Shown here: piece after piece, positions 25,721 to 40,381 of the stretch
How positions within the stretch are numbered: position 1 is the first letter of the stretch
How the letters are laid out: every line of letters starts with the position of its first letter
Assembly: GCF_006345805.1 (NCBI RefSeq)
Contig: NC_043015.1
Coordinates: forward strand, 18,972,001-19,036,000
Length of the DNA: 64,000 nt
Reading direction: 5' to 3'
Origin: Octopus sinensis
Taxonomy: Eukaryota
Program-made: the position numbers and the translations under genes
The notes under the pieces: model-generated
What the model was told of the DNA's origin: nothing
Seen by the model: the letters and a program-made list of their open reading frames with translations, nothing else
The model's database searches: none

Positions 25721-26477
25721 TAATCTTCCACAACTAAATCAGTCCAGACAGAATTTTGGGGCAGTCTTGTTTACAATTAAATGTAAATTAAACCTGGTGG
25801 TTGATAATTATTTCTCTAAATATGATGCATACCATTGTATGCGACTTATATTGGGTTGCAATACTCGCGCAGCTCTTATGCTTTATGCATAACACTGCAT
25901 CAATCACAAAGAATAAAATAAAGTTTAAATATTAAAAAGCTTCAAACTGTGATAGTAAATTATAGGAGTATAAGTACATTACTTTGATGCTTTCTATAAT
26001 TATTTCAGTTCTTCTGATTGACATTGTGTTGTGTATAAACTAATATTGTTTAATTTGTGAAAAATTAAACAATCAACCGTCATAATAGCTTAATTCTTGG
26101 CTGCTTAATATAGCAGTTGAATTGATATGCGATCAATTAGAAAAAGACATTCAGTACGTTTTCTTTTAGATGCGTCAACATATAGGAAAACGATTCAAGA
26201 GATTTCCCCCAGTATTTTCTGCTCATTCTAATAGTAATGTGTTTACCTTCTTATAAATTTTCATCACAGTTGAAGGCTTTCTCCTATTTAACACACGCAC
26301 ATGCATGTGTGTGTGTACGCGCGCGCGCATGTGTGTGGTGAATGACAAGTACATATCTTAATACAAATGACATTAGTTATTTCACATTTTATATTTGCAT
26401 ATTTTATCAGCTAAGGCCGCAAAATTTATTTAGGAGGACTAGAAGGTTAAATAAGATGGTATAATGTTCTCACACTC

Positions 26478-26555
26478 CTTCTTCTTCTTCTTCTTCTTCT
26501 TCTTCTTCTTCTTCTTCTTCTTCTTCTTCTTCTTCTTCTTCTTCTTCTTCTTCTT
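26478..26555. repeat. (CTT)n microsatellite, about 26 units
   Basis: Direct reading. Confidence 0.95.
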
Positions 26556-28045
26556 TATCTATCGTTAATTCTTCCTTTCTCCATTATCACCATGTTCTTC
26601 GTTTTCTCACATATTCTTCATTTCAATAAATACTCATAGCAATAATATAGTTTGACTAATAAATTAGTGGTAATGAAAGTAATTTGATTAATAAATTACA
26701 AACTCCTCCATGTTGCTCCGATACGAATGATGGTTTAGAGGGAAATGAAATGAAAAATAACGAAACACCGGATTAACCTATTGTTAAGTGTTAGCGTAAG
26801 AAAAATTTATTGGTGGATATATTTGCTATGTTGTAAATGATAATTGAAACAACTGATAATTTCTGTTGCAAATCACAAGATACTGTGCTTTATATAAATC
26901 ATATTTTTCTTTGTTTTCGTGTTTAATTTTTTCTCTTTTATAAAACGTTTTGAATCGATATTTTGACTTCATTTTTATGACTAGTTGATACGCATGGTCT
27001 TTGCTAAGATGAAAGTGTTGTTATGTCACATCGGTCTGCTAATTTCAAAATTGGTGCCATAAGCGTGGATAATTCATATAACTGAAACATCCCATTACAA
27101 TTTGTTTATATCTGAGCAAAAGTTTTTAATTTTAAGGCTTTCTAAACCGAAATAATGAGACACTTATTCCTCAAACCATGCAAAATATCTTGCGCTGTTA
27201 CAAAGCATTTATGAATATATTGTTTTGATATTAGGATGGCTGACGTTCATGAGCTGACAGATATAATTTTTTTCAAAACTAAATTCAAACAATTAGTAGT
27301 CCATATTGCAATTGAAATAAATGTATTTGTCGCATTTATTGTCGCCTAAAGTGTCTTAAGTTCAGAAAAATTTATCGAATTTTGTAATAGACATGATGAA
27401 CCTCTCATCTGCTGGATGTAAAACCTTTATTAATTTTCTTATGCTAGTGATGTATCTTATTCGTCTGTTTGGTGTAACTACCCAAGTCCGACATTCCTGA
27501 TTTTCAAAGAAGCAATAATACTACTTAGACCCAAATGACTGTATTGCCCTAATAAAAAAATTCCAAAGGAGAACTGAGTGAATATCAGCTTATCTAATTC
27601 CACAAGTTAATTAGCTTTTCGACATGTCTTGCTTAATTTTGCCCAGTAATGAAAAGGGAAATAAATTACGACAGTATAATGTCTATCTGGAACAACAGTA
27701 TCAACTTATAGTGTGAGGTATGCTCGAACTTTCTGAATTACGATGATCTCATGTATGTAGATGTTAAATTGTATATTTTCAAATGGTTACCTTTGACGCA
27801 TAGAAAACCACACGCACAACTATTAATACAAATATTGGAAAAGGGTTATGGTAATCTCATTAGTGATGCAAGCGTACCAACAGAAACAAGTAAAACGGTA
27901 AATATATAAACTTTAGAATACCTATCTACATTTCATGGTGCATATCCTAAACTGTTTGTACTTGTTGTTATGTTTGTACGCGTAATAATATTTATACACA
28001 AGCACACATGCACTTACACGTGTTCACATCTTTGTTTATAGAAAA

Positions 28046-29254
28046 CTAGCAAATGCACCCGTCCCTTGGACGGTTTAAGTTGCTTTGTTAGCCTTTTTTC
28101 ACCAAATAATTTATCAACAGAGAAGGTTTATGAGTAGCACGGCAATCTATGTTTCCAATTAACCTAAGAACAGAAAGCCAAATTGAAGGCTGGTTATTGC
28201 AATTTAATTATCATAGAACATCTGAGTTTGCAAGCGATACAAAGTAAAGCTACTGAAGTGTTTTGGGAGTAGATTACAGATAATGACTACAAAATATAGA
28301 TGCTTTACATGAAAGCGAAATTTCAGAAACAGCCATATAAATGGTGTAAGGAAATTGGAGGAATGCGTTGAAACTTCCCCTCTGCGAGTTTACTTTATTC
28401 AACAGCATAGGGAGCTATCTTTTCAGAGAGAAGTATGATTGGTACATTAAAAAACAGCAAAAATACTGAAAAAAGTAGAGTTAAAGGAATGTATTTACTA
28501 CGTGTTTACAGTGTACGACCACCCTGAAATTGATTTCAGGTAACGAAAATGAAGTCATCAAGACTCTGACTTCAGTTTACAAATATTGCTTTGAATCTTT
28601 AGCAGTTTGCAGTGAAAAGAAGTCGCGTTCGAAATATAATGGATGGGTAAATAAGCATCTTTAAAGTGAAACAATGCATTGGTAGGTAAACAAAGGTACC
28701 AACAAAAAGAAGAGAAGGCAGGGAACGTTACCTTTCAAGTAACTCAGAATAGACAAAGGTAAGCTTGCCAAAGTTTAATGCAGTTTAAATATGGAGATTA
28801 AGATTGTTTGGTATTGGATATTCATCGCGTAGTAGTCAATTTAATCAAGGTGGACAGTCGAAATAAATACATGACAAAATCCTTTCACTTTTATAATATT
28901 CTCTAACCAAGCAATAATACACAATTACAACAGGGAAATAAATTATAAATCAAAGAAATATGTAAACCACTAAAATATTCTCTAATGCTAATATACAACC
29001 ATATAGATTTAAAAAGTATGGAAGACCCTACGTACAAAAGACTATGTGCATACAACGAGTTAGAGAAAAACCCGTGTAAACCACCGTTGGCCCGGTTTGT
29101 CTACGCGGGAACTCTGGGCAAAATGTTATAGTGCATGACCTTCCTTGAGACATAAGTAACGTGTGTGTGAAGTTTGGTGAAAATCGGTTGAGAATTGTGG
29201 AAATGTATGCGTTACACAATATACACACACATAATGTAATTTATATATACTAGA
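28046..29254 (-). mobile_element. Non-autonomous Helitron, about 1.2 kb
   Basis: Minus strand starts A|TCTAGTATATATAAA at 29254 and ends with a hairpin ccgtcc-aag-ggacgg (28073-28059) followed by CTAG|T at 28049-28046. These are canonical TC/CTRR termini at an AT target. Confidence 0.65.
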
Positions 29255-29376
29255 TATCATAATCAGTGGATATATCATTTAGTATTTACTTATTAACTGT
29301 CTCCTTTGGTTGTGATATCTATTAATGCAATCATAATTTAAATTCGATGTTTTAATTGTAATCTGTCTGTCTGTCC

Positions 29377-29445
<69 letters not shown>

Positions 29446-29447
<2 letters not shown>

Positions 29448-32400
29448 AGTTTACGCACCGCCCTTAACAGGTCGGGCGGATTTCTTTCAACGTCTAGAAG
29501 TTTTCTTGGGAACGTCTCGTCCTTTACTCTTAGATAGAAATAGAGTAGAGGGTGAGCTAGTTAAGAAGCTAGAAGAGGCAATTAGAAGTGGCATCGCATC
29601 CGACGTTTTGGCGGCGAGGTTGGCCCTCGACCAACACTTCAACGCCAAACACGAAGGATGTGCTGTCAGAGCTAGGATGCGTGCTCTAAGGAACGAAGGT
29701 GTTGGAGCCGCGAGAGAGGCCCGGGTGGCAGAGGCGCAACAGGGCAACAAAGCCACCATTCGGTCACTGGTAGATGAACAGGGGCGCGAATTGCTCGAGC
29801 CAAGTAAAATGTGTGAGGCCTTTCAGCAGCATTTTGCCCGACTGTTCGGAACGAGTGGAGGGCAAGAACGTAGGGTGGACTTCAGTGCCTACCTACATAG
29901 CCTACCACGACTCTCGACAGAAAGGCAGGGTGCTGCGAAGGTGCCATCACGGCGGCGGAAGTGCGGGAAGCGATGGCAGAATGCTCGAGGGACAAATCAC
30001 CGGGTTTGGATGGTCTACCCTACGAGCTTTACAATTGTATGCCAGACTTGTTTGGAGATCTCTTGGCGGCGGTGTACTGCAACTGGCAGCAAAACGGGAG
30101 CATTCCTGGTTTTGTGAGCCGAGGAGCCGTAACACTGCTGAAGAAAGATCTAAACAAGGGAAATGTAATAGATAACTTTAGGCCCATCACTCTGCTTAAT
30201 GCAGACTTGAAAATTTTGGCCAAGGTGCTAGCCAAGAGGTTGGCGCTTGTCATCGAGAAACTGGTCGACAAGGCGCAAACATGCGCCGTGCCAGGCCGGA
30301 CCATCCATGACAACCTCCATCTGATGCGCTACATCATAGACAGGGTAGTTAACGAACCTGGCATGGGTGGGGCCCTGATCAACTTGGATCAATCGAAAGC
30401 CTTTGATAGGGTGGACCATCGATACTTGGAAGCAGTCCTGAGAGCGGCTGGTTTCGGGCCCGTCTTCCGCGGCTGGATAGCTGCCTTGTACAGAGGCATC
30501 CGTTCGGTAATTCGCGTAAATGGACATCTATCGAGACCTTTCGACATTGCACGTTCGGTCCGTCAGGGATGCCCCCTCTCGGCGCTTCTATACGTATTGA
30601 CTCTTGAGCCACTACTGCGGAAGCTGGCGACTCTAAGGGGCATCCCGCGAGAATTGGGATGCGGGACGAGCGTGTCTGCATACGCGGACGACGTCACCGT
30701 CATAGTGTCTAGCCACGAGCACATCGAGCTGGTCGGCGAGACACTGAAAAAACTACGAAGCGGTGACAGGAGCGAAAATCAACCGGGAAAAGTCAGTGGG
30801 CTTGCGACTAGGCACCTGGAGAAGCAAGCCCATGCCGTCCACCAGCGCCTCCGTCGTGGGACGCTGGACCGACGGCCCGGTTGAGTTGCTCGGGGTCTGG
30901 TTTGGTCCGGACCTCCAAGTGGAGAAGAACTGGAACGAGATAACGAGTAGGGTGGTCACTCTCGCCCGGCAATGGGCCGAGAGGAAACTGTCCCTAAAAG
31001 GTCGAGCGGAGGTGGCGAACACGTACATCGCGTCCGTCATCTACTACCGCCTGACCGTCGTACCTTGTCCCTACCCTACCATCACCAAACTACAACGCAT
31101 CCTCTTTCGCTTCTTGTGGAAAGGATGCGTCCCGATGGTCAGGCGATCCATTTGCTGTCAACACCCGTTAAAAGGAGGGCTGGGCATGCCGTGGTTGATG
31201 ATGCGCAGACACGCGCTGAGACTGCGACATCTCTGGCTCTATGTAGACGACGGTGAACAGGTGTGGTCGCCGTTTGTGAGGCACGCTTTCCCGCAGCTCG
31301 TCTCCATGACCGAACTGCAGTCGTGGATCAAAAAGAGGCCGAGGAAGGGCGAATGGCACCGCGAGTGTCGCGTTGCTCTCAAGCAACTCTGCCGTCCTGG
31401 GTCGACCTTAAGTGACTTCAACACAACCAAAGCATTCTATAGGGGTTTAGTGGAGGGGAGGTACGACGACGAGCTCGGGGCGAACCTGGACGTCGACGAG
31501 GAGTACCTGACCCGCCTGTTCGGGACGACTTTCGGGCCAGGGCCCATGGACAACTTCCAGAGATCCCTGGCCTGGCAGTGCTACCGAGAAGCGCTACCCG
31601 TTCGGGATAAGCTCTACAGACACGGCTCGAGAAACACGGGGACGACCTGCCCGAGATGCGGTCAGAGCGACGAAACCGTTCTGCACGCACTCGTTCAGTG
31701 TCCAACAATTTCCGACCTGTGGGCTTATGTCGAACAACTGCTGTCACGTGTGGGACGAGTCGGTTATCAGCTGAGTCTATCGTCAATATTGTCACGCCTC
31801 CTTCCTTCAAACGGGAAGGAAGAGCTATTTTCATCATCCTTGTGGCTATGGCGAAAGAATGTATCTGGTGGACGCGTCTGAAAGGATTGGAGACAAACAC
31901 TTTCCTCTCTGGTCAATCTCTCATCAACTTCTTCAAGTACCACTTGAAAAGGAAAGTGAGAGTAGAGAGGCAAGTTTTGTCTAGCGAATGTTTAAAAAAA
32001 AGATGGGTGAATGTAGCAAGAATGGCACGTATGAATGACGAAGCCACCTTGAGCATAGTCCTATGAACCCAGAAATCGAAAACAGAGAGTTGCTTATTTG
32101 CAAAAAAAAAAAAAAAAAAAAAAAAGAAATATAAAATGTGACTTCATTGACCGAGGTTACCGTGGTCTTTTCCGTAGGCTTTTCTTTCCACGGGTAAACC
32201 TCACCTGTCCTCCCCTTTACACTTCATATTGACATTTCTGTGATAACGATCCCTATTGATCAATTTTTTTTTTTTTCCTCCCCCCCCCCTTTTTTTTTGA
32301 ACCCCCCTTTTATTTGTCCTCTTTCTCTCCTTTTACGATCCCTTTTGATCGAAACTCCCCCTTCCTTTTTTTTTTTTTTTTTTAAACCTTCAAAAGAAAA

Positions 32401-32458
32401 GCTCTACCTTGTAATTTGTTCTATCTGTGTGCAGCCCTGTGTGGCTAATAAAGAAACA
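29446..32458 (+). mobile_element. 5'-truncated Tx1-type L1-clade LINE flanked by (TATC)n on both sides
   Basis: RT motifs SPGLDGLPYE, FRPITLLNADLKILAK, LINLDQSKAFDRVDH, RQGCPLS and YADD; zf-RVT-like CPRC..HALVQC; 3' UTR ends gtggctAATAAAgaaaca. Confidence 0.95.
29506..32066 (+). pseudogene. Tx1 ORF2 (linker-RT-C-terminus) split by about three frameshifts
   Basis: Overlapping ORFs 29506-30117, 29961-30884, 30763-31881 and 31656-32066 tile one polyprotein. Confidence 0.9.
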
Positions 32459-32525
<67 letters not shown>

Positions 32526-34777
32526 ATATATAAAACAGATTTGTAGCAACATAAATTATGCAATATGTAGCAAATTTTCAGATATTATTTTCCTGTGTCT
32601 CGGATAAAACATGCAATGTTTTAAGTGCTGTAGTTTGAAATTGCTTCTGAAGTTTGTACTTAACTCAAAACAAAACAATAGGTGGTGTTCCTCCAGCATT
32701 AGATGCGCGATAATTAGTAAAGCCAAAAGTCGCACAAGCCCTTTCACATTTCAAGTGTCTGTCTTTCTCTCTCTCTCTCTCTCTCTAACCGATATGGCTA
32801 GATATGAAGCATTGCTGCAGAAATAAAAACTTATATTTTTGCTCCCCATTTAAAGTATAATTCTGTTCTATTGAACACAAAACTTGCTCAGTTCAATTTC
32901 CTACAGACTTCGCCTCTAAATGAACATAAGAACTAATTGAAAAAATTATCTAACCACATCAGCTTGACAAAGCAATCCTTCCTAACGCTTTCATCCCGAA
33001 CATATTCACATGAAATTTTATTTTCACTGATTTTTGTTTAATATTTCTCTCTTTATTGCGATCTACCTCAGCATATGAAAAAATATGACAGCTGACATAT
33101 CCATCCTTAAAGAGGACAACTAGCAGTATAATCCAACATATCGAGCATGATAGAGACAAGAATAAATATTCATCTCCACTATTTGAGTATTTTCTCATCT
33201 CTTAATAAGTACCGTATTGTTTTCGTAAAGTCAAGACCACCAGGTTTCTGCTTTCCGAGATTAAACACCAGTGGTCTCCCTTTAAGAACTTTGGCGTTGC
33301 TGCTTTTTTTGCTGATGGTATTGACAAATACTTTTGAAGTATTGTTTTTCTTATTTAAGCAAATATACCCAGGTGGTTGTCATGAATGTACGAAAGCTTC
33401 TAATTAACTGTGATGCTGAAAACATTTTTACTTGCGATGTGAAATGTTGATTTCGTTTTCTAAATGCGAAGCTTGGTGGTTAAAAAAAAATAAACAATAC
33501 TAAAAATATATCAATGTACCCCTTTATCTCCTCAAACAATTGCACTTCCCATTATGAAGAACGCTTAAGGTATATAGAAATTAACACTTTTAAGGAAAGA
33601 AAACCAAATCGATATAAATTTCTTGTAGAGGAAATTCATTTCTTAATTAATCTGTTTCAGAAATGTTCAATGAGAAAAACTGTACACACATACACACACA
33701 CACGAACATACACGGACAAGCACACACATCAAACAAATACATATGTTTCTGTACATATGTGAGGTGTAAAGAAGGTTGATTCACTGATTTGAATAATGTT
33801 GAAAAGCTTCAATGCACCTGTGAATATCCTTTTCAACTGCGGTGAATCTTGGGCTTATCTGAAATGTCACCTAATGTTAAAAGAAAAAGATCAAATTGGA
33901 TAAATCAGAAAACTGTTGGAATCCTTACAAAAACGAATTTCTATGTCGGTATTTTTTTATACAAAATCATCTGTATTATTCGGTGAGCATTAAAAGAATA
34001 TATATATGCACATTAAAAAAACGTATACGTATATGTATGGGTGTTGAGATTACAATAACTGTGTATTAGTATGTGCATGCACATATAAGTGTGTGTTCGT
34101 GTATAAGAATACTCATACAAACGTACAGATCACGTATACAAACACCATGCACATTAATGTATGTGTATAAAATATATATGTGTGTGTGTGTGTGTGTGTC
34201 TGTGTGTTGTGTATGTTTGTGTATGTATTGAATCATTGTATCTAACTAAAAGATTCGGCAAAAAGATACCTTGTGACTGCATCGCTTTAAGATATAAATT
34301 AGTAAGCCTAAACAATTAGCGTTTTACATTGCATGGTTTCTGCTACAATTGTTTATGGATAAATAAAAATACAAAAAGTATCTTATTGCACATTTGAAAA
34401 TGTCGAAGAATTGAAGCAAATTTGTACCATATGATGTTTATCGGGAGATAATTTTTGAAACACCAACATCAATATATCGTAAATAAGCATTGAAAGAGTC
34501 ATTATTTCGATTGCTTGGATGTTTTCTGAATAGTTGTTAGTATCTGTAGTTGTACGTGTAGATGCGGAAGAGCAGCTTTCTTTAATTGTAAAGTTACGGA
34601 GCGATGTGGGGAAATACAGTGGAAAATTGCAGTAACTGTGGGGAATATAATCACAGTGGGGGAAAAAAGATAGTTAAAACTGAAAGAGAAAAGAAGATAG
34701 TTAACATTGAATAAAAACGCCAGCAATCGGAAAGAGATCGCCAACTGCAATGTCGAAATTATTGGATGAATAGAACT

Positions 34778-34970
<193 letters not shown>

Positions 34971-34974
34971 GGGG

Positions 34975-35279
34975 ATAGTAGCTAGAAAAGGACATTTATA
35001 TAAGATATTACTAGGAAAAGCTATCGTCACCGATATAAAATTGGGGGCGCTACTATACAGCATTTATCTAAGAGACTGAAGAACATGTATCCAACGCTGT
35101 GTTTTAGACATTAATTTTATACATTCTATAAATGCTAGGGCAAAACAAAACAACATAACTACAGCTAATGGAAGAACTGCTGAATGATGCTGCTCTGTCA
35201 TGGTTGTGATTTATATATCAGGAAGGAAATGGGGATTTCTATCTCTAGCTTGATGTTACAGAAAGAAAAGTGTTGTCAG
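34975..35279 (+). repeat. Near-identical copy of the pogo remnant at 25396-25574, with 126 extra bp
   Basis: One mismatch over the first ~150 bp by manual alignment. The extra segment encodes RKEMGISISSLMLQK (resembles RSEGIPISGPMLQEK). Confidence 0.85.
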
Positions 35280-36272
35280 AAGAAGATAAGAATAAAAATA
35301 AGAATGTAAATATGATCAAGTATAAGAAACGACACTAATCGATAGTGTAAATTGAAACTTCATAAATCGTTCCTTCGTGTTTCTCGCTGTCTCTCCTCGG
35401 GCAATTATATTTGAGGTCTAGCAGCCGAAAATGTGTCCAATATTCAAATCGGTCTGTCTGATTCAATTACAAGTGTGGCAACAATAGCTTTAAATACAAT
35501 TTCAAAGAGGCTTTAAAATGTACAGTAGTCTAACTGAAACTAGAAATAGTATTGTCCATTCTTTTACTGTTCACCGTGAGAGTGTATAATATACATGCCG
35601 GAACTTTATGACTGTTTCGAATATCTAGTAGTCTTAATTTACAGAAGCAGTGACTACTAAAATTTATGGCTAAACCCCAAAATAATCTTTCGTATGAAAA
35701 TTACCCAGTAGGGCCAGGGATTAGCAATTGGATTTGAAATGCTCCAGATCTCGTATTTTTAAAAACCAAAATATATATAAATTAGTGGCAAATTTTATTT
35801 TAGATTCCTTAAAGGAAAGGATATGTTAAAAATGATCTCTTTAAAGCAATTCTCAGTCAGGCCGATATAATTCCTGGAGGAAGTTGTTAAGTAAAAGTAA
35901 TTAGTAGTTTATAGTTGAAGACACTTATTCTTGGTATCACATAGAGGAACTGAACCCAGAGCTATGTGGCTGCGAACCAAGCTTTTTATGAAAAAAAGCC
36001 TGCGACTATAAAAACTGTTTTTGATATTTCATGTTTAGTACATATTGTTGCCACATAAATTAACATTGATTTTTTTGACTTATTCCGAAATATTTTAATC
36101 AACAATATGTGTGTGTGTGTATGTGTGTGTGCGCGCGTGCGTGTGTGTGTGCGTGTATGTGCGTGCGTGTGTGTGTATGTGTGGTGTGTCTGTATACGTG
36201 TGTTTGTGTATGTGAGAGAGAGAAAGTGAGAGAGAGCCTGAGCGTGTGCATGTATGTATATATGTATGTATG

Positions 36273-36306
<34 letters not shown>

Positions 36307-39209
36307 TGTATGTATGTATGTATGTATGTATGTATACGAGTGCAATGCAAGAATGAATGAAGTTTTAAGGGTTTCGTTATTAAGATGAACACTTTCACTG
36401 AACAATATCTATGAATACACGCTTCAAGTTGAATATCTTCAGTTGATTAGAACAGTGAATAAAACCATTTGGAATTTAGAAAGAACTCGGGTATACGAAA
36501 ACATTGTGACTGTAAGGCAGCACAACACCACTAATACAAATGCATTTACGTACATACAAAGACAGCTACACACACACACATGTATGTATGTATGTATGTA
36601 TGTATGCATGTATGTATAAAATCCTGTTTATTCACTGACAGAAAAGGTAAGGGGTATATATGCATGTATGTCTGCGAACATTTGTATGAGTGTATTATTA
36701 TTGTTGATCAACTTCAAATCACACCTGTGAAAATCTATGACCTAAAGTGCTCTAGCCGTGACTATCTCATCTTTTGTCATTCCTAGGCTATCTACTCTAT
36801 GTGTAAGTGTGACTCGTGAGTGACGTAACTACTGATAACATTTTATGAGTTGTCTAGTGGTCTACAATACACTGCTTGAATAATTGTACGTCTATTGATG
36901 TCTTTCACAGATTCTATTATAAATGAAAATATTTTTTCACTTTACATAATGAAACTTTGAAATATCATATATTTTAGCTTAGTCAATGGGATAAAAAAAT
37001 TGTACACTAGTTTTCCTGCTACCACTTAACTTGCCTTCAGTGACATTTTCTTTCCTGTCAATAACACTATATTTCTGATTCCGAACGAAAATAATTTCAA
37101 TTCCTTCTATGAGTGTTTCGTTAAACGTTAAGGATCGCTATGATAAAAGATGACTAAAGACGTGAATAAAGTTCAAATACTTTGCAAACATATATAGCTA
37201 AATATGTCACGTAACAAAAAGTAAAGAGAAGTTGCGATGGATAAACTGTTCAAGTAGATAAAAATTCAAAGTGGCAAATATAAATTGTTGTGGCAGATAA
37301 AATTCGAAGAAGTATGTTCAAAATACCATGTTGAGGATCTGATTGATGCAAAAATAAGTAGAAGATATGTATAGAGTTCTTTTTCTTTCAGTTTGTGCGC
37401 GTGTGTATGAGGTGTATAAGTTAAAAAAGAGAGGGGGAGGCTGGAATAGGAAATTTTGAGAAGGCGTGAGACATGGAGTCAGCCATTCAGTAATGTGTCC
37501 TCTAATATGTAGAAATATTTACTGTTTATATTTTGTTCGAATGAACAAACGGCTCAAAACTTCGATTTGATACTTTCTGAGTTAAAAGGCAACATAATTT
37601 GTGACTGACCAACGCAATATCAAGGAAAAACTAGCTAAAAGCAAAGCCATCGAATTAGCCACTCCAAACAACAAAATTTTTCGTCACATGAGTGACGTTA
37701 CTACAATCAACTTTGCAGAGCACTGGAGACATCTGGTTAGTAATGTTATACATAGTACCCGGTCGCTACAAGTAGTCTTCAAACTATTTTTAACCAAATA
37801 TCAATGTCTTATTTTTTGAAATCAAGTAATAGAAAGATTTCTGCTATCAGCATTGTTTTTGACACACGTATAGCCTCTGTCGTTTCTTTTACTCTTCTTG
37901 CATTTTCTACCTTCGTTGTAAGAACAACTTACCAGGATGAGAAGCTTTATTTCTCACATCTCACATTGATGTATGGAAAATCTGACACATTATCTAACAT
38001 GGGTATCAATAATGTTTAGATGCTTTTGTTTTTATACTTCGATCACAACTTTGTAAAAGACAGTAAGAATAAAATAATATTGATATTACTTTTAGCAACC
38101 TGTAAATTCCGACATCGCAGCTATTTCCTGTCGAAGCTGTTTCACTTTACTTGAGATAGGTACGACGCCATAACGTTTTATTTTCCCACTAACCGTTGAA
38201 CAAAAGTTAAGCTATCAACGAAACTATTGCGATTTGCAACTGTTTCCAACTGTTGAAATACCACATTTTTTTTCGTTTCTGTGTTTTATCCAAAGAAATG
38301 TGCCATACATAAAATGAAAGAACAGAGTTTTTGAACTTACCTTATATTACTAATAAAAATTTGCAGTAACCAAAAAATATTTTCCCCATATCTCGTAAAA
38401 AGCATTTTACCAAATTATAGTTATCAATATCGTTTTTGTCAGTTTGTTGGTTATTCTCCGTTAATGTTTCTCAGAACAACATTGTTAACATGACAAACGG
38501 AACGCATTAGCATGCCTGTGCGTAACGTGTAGGTAATTCATAGAGTAGGAAGAAATAATTAAACAACTCAGCCAAGTTGGATTTACTAATAGGACAAAAG
38601 ATACTCCAGCGATCTGAAAAAATGAAACGCAAAGCACTAATCTTGACTCAAATTATTTCTATTGTCAAATTATTTCTATCGGAAAAGCAAAACTTTGATT
38701 TTTATTTCGATAAGCTACGATCCGAAAGAAGTGAGATAAAAATCTGTTCTACGTTACTCAAACCAAAGTCGCAATCAGAGGAATTTCTGTTGCTAATCCG
38801 AAAAGAATAAGTCATGCTAACAACGTCATTAAGTTTGCTTATGAGAAGAATTTAATAACAAGGTGTTTGAATCGAGAGCTCAAACACATCAATACACAGA
38901 TAAGGCTTTATTGCCTATTATATATGTAATAATTGACGAGGAAATCAATATATTTTACTGTTTAGAATATGTATATTGGGAGCATTTCGATTGCAGAGAT
39001 GTTAGTGTATGAACTTAAAAGATATTTTAGTTTCATGTCTTTGCGACTTATCAAGATCTGCTGTTCCTTTCATCAATTCATGGAGAATGTTCAGTGACTA
39101 TTTCCATCAACCATTTCTCGCTATAAATTTGTAGCCTTACACCCATTCAGATAAACCAATATTTCTTTCTACATTAAAATTTTAGTTGCCTGTATGTGTA
39201 ATATAATCA

Positions 39210-39710
39210 TTTCCACTATAAGCAAAAGGCCTAAAATTTGGTTTATCGACCCCGAAAGAATGAAAGGCAAAGTCGATCTCAGCGAAATTTGAACTCAGAA
39301 CGAAATGCTGCTAAGCATTTTGTACGTTGTACTAACGATTTTGTCAGCTCACAGTCTTTGTATATGTAGTAATAATGGTTTCAATTTTCTGGCAGAAGGC
39401 CAGCAAATTTCGCGGCGGTGGGTAAGTCGATTACAGCAATCCTGGTACTCAACTGGTACTTATTCTATCGACCCCAAAAGCATGACAGGCAAAGTCGACT
39501 TTGGAAGAATTTAAACTCAGAACCTAATGACTGACGAAACGTAGCTAAGCATTTTGTCCGGTGTGCTAACGGTTCTCCCAGCTCACCGCCTTGTATGTGT
39601 AGTAATAATCCTTTCTACTATAGGTACAAGGCCTGAAATTTGGGGGGAGGAGGCCCAATCGATTTCATTGACCCTAGTGCGTAACTGGTACTTATTTCAT
39701 TGACCCCGAA
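39210..39710 (-). mobile_element. Cluster of three partial family A SINEs
   Basis: Repeated atcgacccc.aaag.atga.aggcaaagtcga...tt.aactcagaac and ctggtactta motifs. Confidence 0.75.
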
Positions 39711-39794
39711 ATAACAACAATTTATAGTTCCAGACGTACCAATTTATCCCAGTTACTCACCAATTATGGTCTAGGTATTTTGGTCAATAATTTG

Positions 39795-40160
39795 TTAACT
39801 TATCAACAACATTTCGGATGTCTCGTGTCTTGTTATCATCGCAGTGTCTCTGACAAATACGGTTAACTCATTGCTCTGAATTGATTCCATGAGAAGGTGC
39901 ACATTGTAATTGGCAAGTATTTCGTAGGAAATCCAATTTTGAATTGTCTTATGAGATGGATCTGGCAACAATAGGAAATATTTTGTAACGCAGCGGAGAA
40001 CATATGGATGACTTAATTTAATGTAAAAATGTCTAAAGTCATAAAAGGGAAGATGTCGGTTCGAAAACCGAGGGATTACGATTTTAGTTGTGTCAGTTTC
40101 TAATTGCAAAAGCCCATAGATATCCAGAATAAAGCATCCGATGTTTTAGATTTGCTGCGA
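39795..40160 (-). mobile_element. Possible P-element/THAP9-type transposase remnant
   Basis: HFYIKLSHPYVLRCVTKYFLLLPDPSHKTIQNWIS resembles LHFYSPKAYRYLRKFL.LPHPRTIRNWIS. Confidence 0.4.
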
Positions 40161-40381
40161 GGTCTTCGGATACATGACATAAGAAATTATATATTATGCG
40201 AATTTATTAATTCTATGCATGGATAAATTTTAGGAAAGCTCTAAAATAATTTTGAAGTTTCAAGCTTTGGAGAGAATGTGAAAATTCTGTAAACGATGTG
40301 GAAAGTACGATTTTCAGAGAAATTCAATATATGATGGATATTTATAACGATATTTATACCCATAACGATATTTATATCCTA

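Noticed and set aside
33100-33400. About 65-codon open stretch on the minus strand (KVLKGRPLVFNLGKQKPGGLDFTK)
   Set aside because: No start codon, splice sites or known motif.
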